Shown: piece after piece, positions 1-10,469 of the stretch
Numbering within the stretch: position 1 is the stretch's first letter
How the letters are laid out: every line of letters starts with the position of its first letter
Program-made: the position numbers and the translations under genes
IMG/VR virus record: IMGVR_UViG_3300034630_000009
Coordinates: 8,211 to 72,210 of that record
Length of the DNA: 64,000 nt
Origin: a virus
Reading direction: 5' to 3' (one strand)
The notes under the pieces: model-generated
The model's database searches: none
What the model was told of the DNA's origin: nothing
What the model saw: only the letters and a program-made list of their open reading frames with translations

Positions 1-639
1 AACAGGCGTTGCTGTAGGGTCAAGCCGTAGATCAAGCGCTTGAATCTGTCCCTGGTTATCCTGCCAGAGCGCTTTCTGTCCGGCATACGCCACCTTGCCC
101 GCTTGCTGTACATAGCTCCCACCAATTTTGGGCAAGGGATGGGCGATCGGGTAGGCAGGCACCGCTCCCACCCATGTCGTGATGCCTGCTGCTGCAAGTA
201 TGGGCGCGATCGCGTCCGTGCGACTGGTTGCTACACCCAGCACAATGCCCGACTTATCGTTGTCCGGCTCGGCAAAGTCTCGTAGTGCCAGCAGACACCC
301 CACTTGCAACACCAGATCCGGTGTGTCTGGATGGGGTGGCAATGCTTCTTTGAGGATATACAGCCAGCCGCAGGGATGCGGAGTATACGTCACACCATCC
401 AGCGATGCCAGGACTTTGACGCTCTGCCCACGATGCCAGCGCTGGGCATTTAAGCGTGGATTCATGGATTCCGGCGCATAGTCCCAGTAAGTCAGCGTGA
501 GCGTGCCCGTGATCGGCAGCAATCCAGAGCGATCGCGCTTGGGTAGGCTGACATCAAAACTCTTCAACGTCTGCGACCAGTCCTGCTGATCGCTGCCAAT
601 CAAGATTTTCAGCCAGCAAGCGGACGCATTGACCGTCAT
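1..639 (-). CDS. Tail tip/hub-region protein (runs off window)
   Basis: Hand-translated from ATG at 639 (MTVNASACWLKILIGSDQQDW...); overlaps stop of 636..1139; position after tape measure and distal tail gene. Confidence 0.65.
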   Translation of the reverse strand, partial: MTVNASACWLKILIGSDQQDWSQTLKSFDVSLPKRDRSGLLPITGTLTLTYWDYAPESMNPRLNAQRWHRGQSVKVLASLDGVTYTPHPCGWLYILKEALPPHPDTPDLVLQVGCLLALRDFAEPDNDKSGIVLGVATSRTDAIAPILAAAGITTWVGAVPAYPIAHPLPKIGGSYVQQAGKVAYAGQKALWQDNQGQIQALDLRLDPTATPV

Positions 640-1139
640 GGCGCTACCTTCCGATCGCTTTCTTCCAGCGCGACCACCGCCTCTACCCGCGCTCCTTTGC
701 GGTTAAATTTGGGCGGTTGCGTAAACCGAAAGTAATATTGCGCGAAGTAGCTGATCTCAGTCGCGCTGATGTTGCTGACGGTGTTGAAAGGTGCGGGCGC
801 AAGCGCACGGGTGCGAGAGCCTTCCTCCTGAAACTCAGTCGTGGTATCAACCACTAGCGTTTCAACATTTGCCACAGGCTCACGCGCCTGTCTACGCTTC
901 TCCTGCCGACGATACAGCCCGTCTAAAAGCTTCCATTCGTCCCACTCCAGAAAGGCACTGAAAACCAGGATGTGGGGCGCTTCGTAAACCCGACCGTACC
1001 CGACAAAGTTGCCATACGCCGATCGCTGGCTGGCTGGCTGCTCAACAATCAGGCGTGGAAACGCATCGCCTGCAAACTGATAGTCGTAGATGGTTAGGCT
1101 TAAGTCGCCTAGCGTGAAGCTGATGTATTGATTACTCAT
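636..1139 (-). CDS. Putative distal tail protein
   Basis: 167 aa, translationally coupled directly after the tape measure gene; assigned by position. Confidence 0.6.
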   Translation of the reverse strand: MSNQYISFTLGDLSLTIYDYQFAGDAFPRLIVEQPASQRSAYGNFVGYGRVYEAPHILVFSAFLEWDEWKLLDGLYRRQEKRRQAREPVANVETLVVDTTTEFQEEGSRTRALAPAPFNTVSNISATEISYFAQYYFRFTQPPKFNRKGARVEAVVALEESDRKVAP

Positions 1140-4100
1140 AGTCCTGCCTGTCCCACCAGGCTCTTGCTGGCATCTGCCAAGATCTTGGAGGCATCGGCGA
1201 CGGGGTTTGCCGTGATCGCCGTGACGTTAGGGCGGTTCATCGAGTTAGCGAGGCGTTCTCCAAGACGGTCGATCGCGCTACTCAACGTACTGCTCAACTG
1301 CTGCAAACCGCCACCCATACCTTGCCCTGCCGCTTCCTGTACAGGGTTCCCGGTGGGGATGCCGTTGGGTGCGGTAGCAGCCACAAACCCATTGCCGCCA
1401 AAGGTTTGACCGGCGTTGTACGTCACGCCTGTAAAACCGCCACCTGCGGCTCCACCGTTGGGGTCAATACCACCAATAACTTTCACTTTGGCGGCATCTG
1501 CCGTCTCTGCCAGCTCTCTGGCACGTCCCCTACCCGCCGCCGCGTTCTGCTCGGACTGTGCTCGTTCCGCTGCCGCCTGCTTGATGTCTAGCGCTCCTAA
1601 ACCTAGCTGCCCTACCTCTCTCTGAGTGGCGGCGTTTGCCTGAGCATTACCAATCTGAGCGCCCGTGATGGCAACGTTTTGAGATGCCAGTGCAACCCCT
1701 TGTTGAGCATTGGCAATCTCATTGGCATCGCCCGTTTTGAGCGCTTTGAGTAGGGCTGACTTCTGCTCATTCTCGGCAATCCGAGCGCTCATATTCGCCC
1801 GTTGTGCCTCCAATACGTTATTGCGGGCAGTCACTTCAGCCTGCCGCAGCTTTAGTTTTTCGGTCTCTCGTTCGGCATCATTCTGCTTTTGCAGTGCTCT
1901 CAGCTTTTCGCGATCGGCAGCAGCTTCGGCGGACTGTTTGATCTGCACCAGCTTGACTAGATCGGCATTGTTGACCTTACCGCTAATGCTTAGCCCAGCA
2001 AGTTGCCCAACCTGTGCTTGTAGCACCTGCCGTTGATTGGTCCCCAAGTCTTTACTCTGGAGTTTTTTGAAAGAGTCAACTGCTTCCGAGGCGCGATCGA
2101 CCGCAGCCTTCAACTGCTGCTGACGCGCCTCTGACACCGCAGCGCTCACCTTTGCTTGAGCCTCTACCAGTTGGCTTTCGCGTTGAATGCTGCCTGCCAA
2201 GAGGTCATTGCTGGCTTTCTGCTGGTCAATCCCTGCATTAGCGGCGGTTAGCTGCCGTTTCTGGGCGTCGGCAACGTTCTGAATCCCCCGCAAAACTCGT
2301 TGTGTTTCCAGGTCTTGAATTTTGGCTCGCTCAGCATCTTGCTTTTGCAGGTTTTCGGTGATCTGGTTTTCGGCTTCCCGCGACCCGATGACTTTATCTT
2401 GCTGTAGCTTTTTAATCTCTTGCAGGTCAATTTGAGCTTGTGCTAAACGCTTCTGCGCGGCTTCGGCTTCGATCCTTTGGATCTCAGCCTGCCCACCTTC
2501 GCCAACGACACCATCGCCTGATAGCTGCGTTTGACGTGCAGAAAACGTTTGAGCCGCTGTGGCTCGCTCGATCGCAGCGTTAGCGACTTTACTACGCTGC
2601 TCAAAATCAGCTTGCTCGCGTTGGCGACGGATGCCCAGCAGTTTGACACGTTCATTGTCGAGGGCTTGCTCGATCGCCAGCTCTTTTTCAGCAGCTTCAC
2701 GGGCATCTAAAACGCCCGCTGCCCGCTGTTGCTTCGTGGCGGCTAATTCTTTTTGCTTCTGAGCAATGGTGTCGGTTGCCGTCCGCTCCTCAATCTGGCT
2801 CGTTTCAACGGTGCCACTCGCACTCGATAGCCGCGAGGCATTGGCGCGTCTAGCAATTGCCGCTTCTGCCTGTTTATTCTGGAATTCAAACTGTTTGAGC
2901 GTTTCCCGATTGGCAGCATCACGCGCCTTGATCTGGTTGTCCAGGTCGGACTTCTCCGCACTGGCAAGTTTTTTCTGAAGCTCCGATCGCTTGGTTGCTG
3001 CTTCCTTAGCCCCGATTTGCCCCGTTTTCTCAGCGGCATCAATCTGCGCGATCGACTCCTCAATCGCTTTCACCTTGCCCTGGCTCTCTTTTGCCTGAAT
3101 TTGGGCGATCGCGGCTTCAGTCTCCTGAGCGGTTTTAGTGCGGGAAAGTTGGGCTTTTTTGGCAAGGGCGATTTCGCGATCGGCTGACTCGGAGAGCTTA
3201 TTCTCCTTCAGCGTTAAATCACGGCTGAAATCTTGAATGTCTTTGAGCTGCCCCGATGCCGTTTTTTCAGAGGTATCGACACCTGCTCCCTTACTGCTAC
3301 TGCCTTCACTTGTCGCAAGACTCTTGCTGTCAACCTTGAGATCAGCCTTTGCCTCTGCTGCTTTTCTGACCGCTCGTTCTTGAAAGGTTTCCTCTTCTGG
3401 CGCACCTGCATCACGCTTAGCCGCTGCCGCTTTTTGCACTGCCGCCGCCTGAAAATCTGCCTTGGCAGCATCTTCGTCAGGTTTCGCTAATGTCCGTTTG
3501 CGAACTTCGTCTAGCTGCTTTTGGGTCTCCTCAAACCGGATTTTCTCAATTTCTTGTGGCTTGATCGAGCCAAAGGTAAGGGGTACCCCACCGATATCGG
3601 TGGTTAAGCTTTGCCGTCGCACTCGCGCCTGCGTCCGTTTTTCCGCAGCATCAGCATCGGCTTTGGTGCCCCCCGCACCCTGAATTGCCTTACTCGCGCC
3701 TTCTTTGTCGCCAGCATCAGGATTGAGCAACCCTTTCAGCCGTTGAGCGCCTTCGCCCAGCTTGTCTACAACCTTGCCTGCAACTCCAACCGCCTCATTC
3801 AGCAGTTTGACAAACTCCACCGTGCCCGACACCAGATCGGCGATCGCGCGTGGGTTCTCCTTCAGATACTCCGTGAGCGATCGCGCACCGCTGGCAACGT
3901 CATCTGCCAACACCTTGCCTGCTTCACCCAACGCCAGCGCTAACTCTTTCGCCAGATCAGGATCTTGTTCCAGAGAAAGCTTAAAGCCTTCGGCACTGCC
4001 CTTCAGCCCATCCAGCAACCCACTGGATTTAAGGATTTCATTGGCAGTATCGGTGCCTAACTTGGCTAAGCCCTCAAAGGCAGGCGCGATCGCCTCACCC

Positions 4101-5335
4101 AGGTTGAGCTTGAGCGTGGCAACCGACCCTTCTAAAAGCTTGAGTTGCCCTGGTAGCCCGGTAAGTAGTTTCTTTGCCGCTTCACCCGCTGCATTATCTT
4201 GCGATGCATTATTAATTGTCTTGAACGTGCTGTCGATCTTTTCCTGAGAGGTTGACAACAGCGCTAAAAGCGGTGCTGCTCCACCATCGCCAAAAATGGC
4301 TTTGACTAGAGACGCTTGCCGTTGTTGGGTTAGACCAGACAAGGATTTACGAAGCTCTGGAATAAGCGCTTCCAGGCTTCGCATTTTACCGCTGGCGTCA
4401 AAAACACTCACCCCAAGCTGCTCTATGGCATTCTTTGCCTCGGCGCTGGTCGGTGCCGCCAAGCTGCTAATGATGGTTTTGACACCTGTTCCGGCTGCTT
4501 CCATCTGGAAACCTGCCGATCGCAGCAAACCAAACGTGGCTGCTAACGTTTCAAAGCTCTGGTTGTTTGCCTTCGCCACACCACCAGCTGATGAGATGGC
4601 TTGCAGCAAATCCTGCGCATCCGCCGCTGTCGCGTTACTGGTGGCGGCGACAACATCAGCCGTTTTCTTGGTGTTGGTGCCAAAGACGTTAAATGCTGCC
4701 CCTGCCACCTCTGCCGCTTTGCCCAAGTCGGTCAGTCCAGAGGCTTCAGACAGCCTCACCACGCCTTCAACCTGCTCTTTAGTATCTTTGGCACTAAAGC
4801 CAAGCTTGGCAAGCTGTACTGCCGCCTCACCCACCTGTACAGGGGTTTTAGAAGTCTCAATGCCTAAACGCTTGGCTTCGTCAGCCAGGGCTTTGGTTTC
4901 TTCCTTCGTGGCGTTGGCAACCGCGCCAAAGGTGGTGAGCTTGTCCTGAAAGGCAATGAACGTATCCAAGCCTTCTTTGACGGTGCCCGTAACGGCTCCT
5001 ACAGCTCCTGCTACCGTGCCTTGAATGCTGTTGGCAAGGTTGATGCCAATGCCTTGCCCAATGCCTCTGCCAACTTCACCGAGCGCTTGCTTGGCAAAGT
5101 CACCCAGTTCTTTCAGTTTCTGTTTCGCAAGGCTGGTATCGGCATCGATCGGTGTCTTTACTCCACGCCCCGCCTGTTTTGCTAGCCCATCCAGTTCGCC
5201 TTTTGCCTTAGCTGTATCGGCTCCAACCTTAAGATTCGCGTCTTTGCCAGCGATCTGCTGTTGAGTCGCTGCAACCTGGGCAGGAATGTCTTTGGTATTT
5301 AAGACCGCCTTAAATTCTACTGAGCCTATTTCCAC
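1136..5335 (-). CDS. Phage tail tape measure protein (TP901-like core)
   Basis: 1399 aa, Ala/Gln-rich helical; TMP core motifs (LAKLGFSA, ATFGLLRSAGF..AGTG, LGVSVFDASGKMRSL). Confidence 0.93.
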   Translation of the reverse strand: MEIGSVEFKAVLNTKDIPAQVAATQQQIAGKDANLKVGADTAKAKGELDGLAKQAGRGVKTPIDADTSLAKQKLKELGDFAKQALGEVGRGIGQGIGINLANSIQGTVAGAVGAVTGTVKEGLDTFIAFQDKLTTFGAVANATKEETKALADEAKRLGIETSKTPVQVGEAAVQLAKLGFSAKDTKEQVEGVVRLSEASGLTDLGKAAEVAGAAFNVFGTNTKKTADVVAATSNATAADAQDLLQAISSAGGVAKANNQSFETLAATFGLLRSAGFQMEAAGTGVKTIISSLAAPTSAEAKNAIEQLGVSVFDASGKMRSLEALIPELRKSLSGLTQQRQASLVKAIFGDGGAAPLLALLSTSQEKIDSTFKTINNASQDNAAGEAAKKLLTGLPGQLKLLEGSVATLKLNLGEAIAPAFEGLAKLGTDTANEILKSSGLLDGLKGSAEGFKLSLEQDPDLAKELALALGEAGKVLADDVASGARSLTEYLKENPRAIADLVSGTVEFVKLLNEAVGVAGKVVDKLGEGAQRLKGLLNPDAGDKEGASKAIQGAGGTKADADAAEKRTQARVRRQSLTTDIGGVPLTFGSIKPQEIEKIRFEETQKQLDEVRKRTLAKPDEDAAKADFQAAAVQKAAAAKRDAGAPEEETFQERAVRKAAEAKADLKVDSKSLATSEGSSSKGAGVDTSEKTASGQLKDIQDFSRDLTLKENKLSESADREIALAKKAQLSRTKTAQETEAAIAQIQAKESQGKVKAIEESIAQIDAAEKTGQIGAKEAATKRSELQKKLASAEKSDLDNQIKARDAANRETLKQFEFQNKQAEAAIARRANASRLSSASGTVETSQIEERTATDTIAQKQKELAATKQQRAAGVLDAREAAEKELAIEQALDNERVKLLGIRRQREQADFEQRSKVANAAIERATAAQTFSARQTQLSGDGVVGEGGQAEIQRIEAEAAQKRLAQAQIDLQEIKKLQQDKVIGSREAENQITENLQKQDAERAKIQDLETQRVLRGIQNVADAQKRQLTAANAGIDQQKASNDLLAGSIQRESQLVEAQAKVSAAVSEARQQQLKAAVDRASEAVDSFKKLQSKDLGTNQRQVLQAQVGQLAGLSISGKVNNADLVKLVQIKQSAEAAADREKLRALQKQNDAERETEKLKLRQAEVTARNNVLEAQRANMSARIAENEQKSALLKALKTGDANEIANAQQGVALASQNVAITGAQIGNAQANAATQREVGQLGLGALDIKQAAAERAQSEQNAAAGRGRARELAETADAAKVKVIGGIDPNGGAAGGGFTGVTYNAGQTFGGNGFVAATAPNGIPTGNPVQEAAGQGMGGGLQQLSSTLSSAIDRLGERLANSMNRPNVTAITANPVADASKILADASKSLVGQAGL

Positions 5336-5366
5336 AGACAGCCCCTACGCTACGTGCTCAAAGTTC

Positions 5367-5774
5367 CTACTCAGACGCAGCCGCCTCCAGCAAACGCCGA
5401 TCGAGCCACTCCACTACCCATCCCGGCAGCTTGCCTTCATCCCATAGTCTGAGTGTCGTTCGCGCGGCTGCTACAGGCACCAATGCTTTAGCCTCGCGCT
5501 GGTAAAGCGCAAGGGCATAAGGATTCACAAACTCAGTCGCTTCGGTGGGGCGCTTGACCCCATTGCACCCCGCGATCGTGGCGGCTACTCCATGCAACGG
5601 AGTGGCGATACTATTCGCCTGCTGCAATTCACGCTCATTGAGATAGGCGATCGCCCCGCTAATGACCTTTACACCGCAACGGCTAAAGCTGTCGTCTCCA
5701 AATTTTTTGTTACTGGGGAAGTCGTAAGAGAGTCGCCAGAAGATTTCCGTCCAGAAGTCTTGAGGGGCTTTTTT
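5367..5774 (-). CDS. Tail assembly chaperone GT-type extension (-1 frame)
   Basis: -1 frame is open from the slippery site A AAA AAG (5774-5768) through KAPQDFWTEIFWRLSYDFP... into ORF 5367..5627. Confidence 0.8.
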   Translation of the reverse strand, partial: KKAPQDFWTEIFWRLSYDFPSNKKFGDDSFSRCGVKVISGAIAYLNERELQQANSIATPLHGVAATIAGCNGVKRPTEATEFVNPYALALYQREAKALVPVAAARTTLRLWDEGKLPGWVVEWLDRRLLEAAASE

Positions 5775-6229
5775 GCGGTGGTAGCCTCTGTCTCTGTTTC
5801 CATTTCAGAAGTAATTGTGGCAGTTTGCCAATGGGTACGCTCGCCAATAAAGAAATTATAGAGATCGTCGATTTGCTGTGTGCCCAGTTGCATAGTCTTA
5901 GCAACCGTCCAAGCGGCATCATGCCTGAATAACAGGATGAGTGTCACCGCTGCTGCTTTAAGGCGGAACAGTGTCAGTTCTTCCCATGCGACGGTACGAG
6001 TCGCGCTTTCTAAAAAGCACTGCCACGTAAATTCTTCGCCTTGAGTCAATTGATGAAGTTTGGGTAACTCAAAAAGCGACACGGTGATGGTTTTACCCGT
6101 GACTACCTCAGAGGGGAGCAAGTCAAACGGCAAAGCCGCCGCGATCGCGGGTAGTTCTGTTTTAAAGAACTCAAACAGTGCCTTAATTTCCGTGACCATG
6201 CCCAACGGTTTTAGCTCTGTCTCACTCAT
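5669..6229 (-). CDS. Tail assembly chaperone (gpG-like)
   Basis: Lies between major tail and tape measure genes; ATG at 6229; slippery heptamer near its 3' end. Confidence 0.8.
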   Translation of the reverse strand: MSETELKPLGMVTEIKALFEFFKTELPAIAAALPFDLLPSEVVTGKTITVSLFELPKLHQLTQGEEFTWQCFLESATRTVAWEELTLFRLKAAAVTLILLFRHDAAWTVAKTMQLGTQQIDDLYNFFIGERTHWQTATITSEMETETEATTAKKPLKTSGRKSSGDSLTTSPVTKNLETTALAVAV

Positions 6230-6449
6230 ACACTCGCTCCAAAACAACGTTGTAATCAGGGTTGTATTTAATTTCAGGCACCTTGACCAGGTAAAGCTCA
6301 CCATCTCGATTTTCGGTCTGGATCAGTGCCACCCTTTGCCCCATCAGCCCAGGATCGCGCAATGCCACCACACCAGCGGTAATGGTTTCCGCCTCTACTT
6401 GGCAGTGACTACAGAAGATGCCGCGTGTCTGTAAGCCGCTGATCAGCAT
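6222..6449 (-). CDS. Hypothetical tail-region protein
   Basis: 75 aa, overlaps both neighbours. Confidence 0.6.
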   Translation of the reverse strand: MLISGLQTRGIFCSHCQVEAETITAGVVALRDPGLMGQRVALIQTENRDGELYLVKVPEIKYNPDYNVVLERVYE

Positions 6450-7456
6450 CAGGGTGTCACTGGTACAGGTACAGCTTTAATCACGGCACCGCTGAAGCTA
6501 ATTTCCAGGTCGCCAGAAATGGGCGCGTTTGCCTGCCCCGCTTGTTTGTTGCTGGTAACAACGCCAATACCAACAATGCTGTCACCCGTGATAAAACTGG
6601 GGTTAGGTGCGGGTTCCAGCCGTTTGACATAGATAAATTTTTGCAAATCCGCTTGTTCTGCCGCAGTGCGAAAAGCTGCGTTGTAATGCCACTTAATCCC
6701 AGGCAGGGTGATTTTGCGATCGATGGTAGTCGGTGTCTGCAACTGTGCTCCACCTGTGTTAAACGTCACGGTTTGCACCGTAGCAAACGTTTCATCCAGG
6801 GAAGCATCGGTGCGATCCCAGAGATACGTGGGGAATTCTGCGCCTGATCCAGCAGTGATTGCCTCATCCAGTGCTCTGACGGTCAGGGTAGTGGCTCCGA
6901 TCGCGGCTGAAACCGTGACTTTTGCCGACTTCTCCACGTCGTTAGAGTCAGCAAAACAAAGATATTGCCCAGCATAAACGGGTCCCAACAAGGGCTCAAA
7001 CAGGGTCACGCTAGTTGCACCTTTGGCAGTTGTGTTCGTTACCAGCGCTGTTGCTCCTAACGTCATGTTGGCAGGGGTAGCACCCGTTGATGCAGCAGTA
7101 AAAGTTTGTCCGCTCAGCAGTACGAACGCACCTGTTGTTGGCTTGCCTGCAAAAATGCCCGTAGTTGGCGTGTTGAGCTTGACGCTTGCCAGAAGTGCAT
7201 TCCGAATGATGGCAACAGTGTCGCCAGCTCCAGCGGTATAAGAGCCAATGACCACACCGTTTACGGTAAGCGAGTACACCCCTGCTGCTGCTGTCGCTAC
7301 AGTCACGGTTTGCTGATAGCCACCGTCAAGGTAAATGTTTTGATCGACGATCGCGCTGGCGGAGACACCTGGATCAAGCGCTGCCAGATAAATTTGTACT
7401 AGCTTGCCCAGCACCGTTTGATGGCTAATCTGAGCGCGATTGCGAGTTAAAGGCAT
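6449..7456 (-). CDS. Major tail (tube) protein
   Basis: 335 aa, beta-rich, C-terminal ISFSG-type strand, position upstream of chaperones. Confidence 0.75.
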   Translation of the reverse strand: MPLTRNRAQISHQTVLGKLVQIYLAALDPGVSASAIVDQNIYLDGGYQQTVTVATAAAGVYSLTVNGVVIGSYTAGAGDTVAIIRNALLASVKLNTPTTGIFAGKPTTGAFVLLSGQTFTAASTGATPANMTLGATALVTNTTAKGATSVTLFEPLLGPVYAGQYLCFADSNDVEKSAKVTVSAAIGATTLTVRALDEAITAGSGAEFPTYLWDRTDASLDETFATVQTVTFNTGGAQLQTPTTIDRKITLPGIKWHYNAAFRTAAEQADLQKFIYVKRLEPAPNPSFITGDSIVGIGVVTSNKQAGQANAPISGDLEISFSGAVIKAVPVPVTP

Positions 7457-7499
7457 AGGAGAACCCAGCGCGGTTAAGGTCGCTGCTACTGTTCCCCCG

Positions 7500-7931
7500 C
7501 TAGACTCCCGCTCGCATCACCCGTTGCACTCGCGTCAGTGTGACGGTGATTCGTCGTGATTCAATGTTATCCAACACGGTCGATCGCACCACTCTGGGAG
7601 ACACTTCAGTAATCTCATCGATCGCCAGCAAGAGTGCTTCTGTGGCGGCAATGGTCGTGTCGTTCAAGTCCCACTGCTTGAGCGTGATGGTTGTCTCTGC
7701 GGCAATCTGGTTACTACCCAGCATTGCGGTAACAGGCGTATTGACCTCTGGCTGAATGACCACCTCTAACCCCTCGACACTCATCCCCTGGGGCGAACTG
7801 CCTGTGTCATCAATGGCGATAGCAGGTGTGGTTTCGCCATTTAAGCTGGTGTAAGTGCCCAGCAAATCGCCCAGCGCCGTGATGAGGCGTTGTTGCAGCA
7901 GTTGAGCGCGATCGAGGTAGGTTTCAGTCAC
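7500..7931 (-). CDS. Putative tail terminator/completion protein
   Basis: 143 aa; position. Confidence 0.55.
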   Translation of the reverse strand: MTETYLDRAQLLQQRLITALGDLLGTYTSLNGETTPAIAIDDTGSSPQGMSVEGLEVVIQPEVNTPVTAMLGSNQIAAETTITLKQWDLNDTTIAATEALLLAIDEITEVSPRVVRSTVLDNIESRRITVTLTRVQRVMRAGV

Positions 7932-8350
7932 AGCAATTTTGACTTCAGTAGAGTTGCAAAAACCTTTTGAGCATTGACACGCTCTAGACCATCTTTCACC
8001 CAGTCACGACCGGGGATGTTTGTGCTTTTACTGGTTGTATAGCCATACAAAATGGCAAGCCCATACGCAACATTCCAACTGTAACGGGCTTCTGTGTGAC
8101 TAACAAAATCAAGTTGCTGACTGGCTCTCAAGCGTCCCGTATCCACAATATCGCGTGGCGAACTCACTTCATGCGGGGTCTTCCTTTTGCCGCCAGACCC
8201 ATCGCCATAACGCTTGGTCGTAGTCGGAAAATCCCACTTTGGATCAGAAATTGACTGCGTAAAGCCAGTACCCATCAGCAGGCAGGTTTCTCTGAAGGCT
8301 GCTTGAGCGGCTTTCTCGATCGCGGCTGTATTGAGCTTAATGGTTGCCAT
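7928..8350 (-). CDS. HK97 gp10-like neck/tail-completion protein
   Basis: SPRDIVDTGRLRAS motif, PGRDW C-terminus. Confidence 0.75.
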   Translation of the reverse strand: MATIKLNTAAIEKAAQAAFRETCLLMGTGFTQSISDPKWDFPTTTKRYGDGSGGKRKTPHEVSSPRDIVDTGRLRASQQLDFVSHTEARYSWNVAYGLAILYGYTTSKSTNIPGRDWVKDGLERVNAQKVFATLLKSKLL

Positions 8351-9117
8351 CAGAGTAAGTACGCCTCCTCAAGTCCCAGTAGTAATTGTGTGGCACTGAC
8401 CGCTACGCCTACTTCCTGATAATAGCCCGGTGCCACTATGAGGGGGTTCTGTGTCAGGTTGCCAACGCTGCCCACAAAGACAGGCTGGTCTACCGTCCAA
8501 CTCCAGCCAGTATCTTGCATCAGCCCACTGGTGGCAAATTGTGGTTTTCCGCCTGCTGCCACTGCGTTCAACGTTAGCCCGATCGCGCCTTCAGTCTGGG
8601 TTATATCAGTCGCATCGGCATAGACTAATTGCCCATTGTGCAGCGCAACTAGCCGATGGAGGGAAAGTGCGATCGCGGCTGGGTATTGTCCTGGTGTGGG
8701 TTGTAGCGCAATGCCCTGAGCGCCACCTGCCACTGCTTGAGCGCGAAAAATACCCGATACTTTTGCCCCCAGCGCTGCCTCTACCCCAAAGGGGCTAGGT
8801 GTACCTCTGTAGAGCGTAAACCAGCCTGATTGCGTGTCTTTCGTCACCGGATCGGTAATCACTGCCCACCCTTTGCTGAGATGCCCCACACCGTTGGGTA
8901 CGGTGGAAGGGTTGGTCAGACGACCTGACAGAGGCTCATCAGACTCATCTATACCAGGATAGAAAAGCCCCCTCGGACGACTATCAGGTTTCAAGTAAGC
9001 CTTGACCGTTACCGTGAGTGTTGCTGGTTGTTTGTTGCCCGTGCGCGGGTCAGTAGCGATCGCACCCGTTGCGACCGAAAATGTCAGCACCGCGTTACTG
9101 GGAAACGGTGAAGCCAT
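8350..9117 (-). CDS. Head-closure protein fused to a decoration-like beta domain
   Basis: N-terminal head-closure-like half (DPRTGN, VKAYLK); C-terminal AIGLT...WSWT..PVFVG..G.LTQ..VGVAVSATQL domain. Confidence 0.55.
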   Translation of the reverse strand: MASPFPSNAVLTFSVATGAIATDPRTGNKQPATLTVTVKAYLKPDSRPRGLFYPGIDESDEPLSGRLTNPSTVPNGVGHLSKGWAVITDPVTKDTQSGWFTLYRGTPSPFGVEAALGAKVSGIFRAQAVAGGAQGIALQPTPGQYPAAIALSLHRLVALHNGQLVYADATDITQTEGAIGLTLNAVAAGGKPQFATSGLMQDTGWSWTVDQPVFVGSVGNLTQNPLIVAPGYYQEVGVAVSATQLLLGLEEAYLL

Positions 9118-9359
9118 TACTCAGGCTTGGTAGGTTTGGTGGTTTTAGGAGTGGCAGGAGCGGGAGGGGTGACAGGCGACGAAGTTAGAGCGCGCAGAGT
9201 TTCTGCTTCCAGCATCTCGACGATCGTCGAATCATCCTTGATATCGTTCCACACGTCATCATCCAGTTCACCCACGCCAGGTATGAACGAAACGCGGTGA
9301 TTAGCAAAGACGATCGTGGTCGCACCAGCACGGTTTGCAGGAGTAAATTGATAACGCAT
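9117..9359 (-). CDS. Small head-associated protein
   Basis: 80 aa after the capsid gene, Pro/Lys-rich tail. Confidence 0.55.
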   Translation of the reverse strand: MRYQFTPANRAGATTIVFANHRVSFIPGVGELDDDVWNDIKDDSTIVEMLEAETLRALTSSPVTPPAPATPKTTKPTKPE

Positions 9360-9408
9360 GGGAAAAACTAAAGGCTAAAGGCTAAAAACAACCAGCAATT
9401 AAGAACTA

Positions 9409-10416
9409 CTAAGACTTGTTGAGGATGTACAGGCGAGCACGGAACGGTTGCGCGTAAATCACTTCTGACGTAGCACACAGACCAATCTGGCGATAGGTCA
9501 TCCCATCGTCCAGGATGAAGGGTGGCATGGTATCGATGTCAGCATAATGGCGCATGATGTTGTTCTGCACTGTGGAGTCCATAAACATTAGCAGGTCAGC
9601 CGTTGCGGGTATACTCACGCCACCAATGCTGGTGATGTTACCGCCGTTCACATCGCGCACAATGTCAGCCCCAAACTCGTTCACCGTAGTCAGCTTCCGA
9701 AGTTGCGGTGATTCGGCGCGATTGGTCAACATTTGCGCTGGGGTGCCATCGTTTGAGTTGTCAGCAAAACGACGTTGCAGCGCGGCTCGGATGTCCTCGT
9801 CCACGATCGCCGCCGTTGCTTCCGCCGTGAGTCTCGTGTTTTTGCGAAAGTTGGACAACTCGGTTCTGAACCATTCGTAAGCGGTAGCTGCCGTTGCACC
9901 TGTCCCGGTTACGCCGTTGGCACCTGCCGTGACGTTGATCACTTCCACATAAGGGTTGTTGATAAAGCCCGTGAACCCGATCGTCGGGTCGCCGAACACC
10001 GTGCGGATGTGCATCCATTCACGCAATCCTTTTTCCAGTGCGTTGCGATAGCTCTGCACCACATTGGTGCGCGGTAGGAAGGTATTTTTCTGTGCGGCTT
10101 CTTCCGATCGCAGTTCCTGCCACGTCCACTCCGCTGCTAGTACGCCCACCTGGCACTTGTACTCATCCATGTTGATGCCAAAGTTGGCAAGGGGCAGCGT
10201 CGTGGCTTTACCGCCGTAGTTCACAGCACGACCGGTGTAGTCAATCCGGGCGGTGGTGTACTTCAAGGTGCCAAAGGGCAGATCTGAAATAGCTTCGTGA
10301 TACATGCCGTTGTACCCCCACATTTCAGGCCACACCGTTTCTACGAGCTGTGTTTCATACGTCGTCAGCGCTTCGGTCAGGAACTTCCCCGCCAAAACCA
10401 CCTCATTCTGAATCAT
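9409..10416 (-). CDS. Major capsid protein (DUF2184/encapsulin-like HK97 fold)
   Basis: 335 aa; WTWQEL and FGD..IGFTGFINNP motifs; position after decoration gene. Confidence 0.85.
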   Translation of the reverse strand: MIQNEVVLAGKFLTEALTTYETQLVETVWPEMWGYNGMYHEAISDLPFGTLKYTTARIDYTGRAVNYGGKATTLPLANFGINMDEYKCQVGVLAAEWTWQELRSEEAAQKNTFLPRTNVVQSYRNALEKGLREWMHIRTVFGDPTIGFTGFINNPYVEVINVTAGANGVTGTGATAATAYEWFRTELSNFRKNTRLTAEATAAIVDEDIRAALQRRFADNSNDGTPAQMLTNRAESPQLRKLTTVNEFGADIVRDVNGGNITSIGGVSIPATADLLMFMDSTVQNNIMRHYADIDTMPPFILDDGMTYRQIGLCATSEVIYAQPFRARLYILNKS

Positions 10417-10469
10417 GCTGTCTCCTGGTCAAATAATTGTTGGTTCTTGACGGGTCTATTGACGGATCC

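Noticed and set aside
1128-5264. Many plus-strand ORFs opposite the tape measure gene
   Set aside because: Antisense shadows of a long coding sequence
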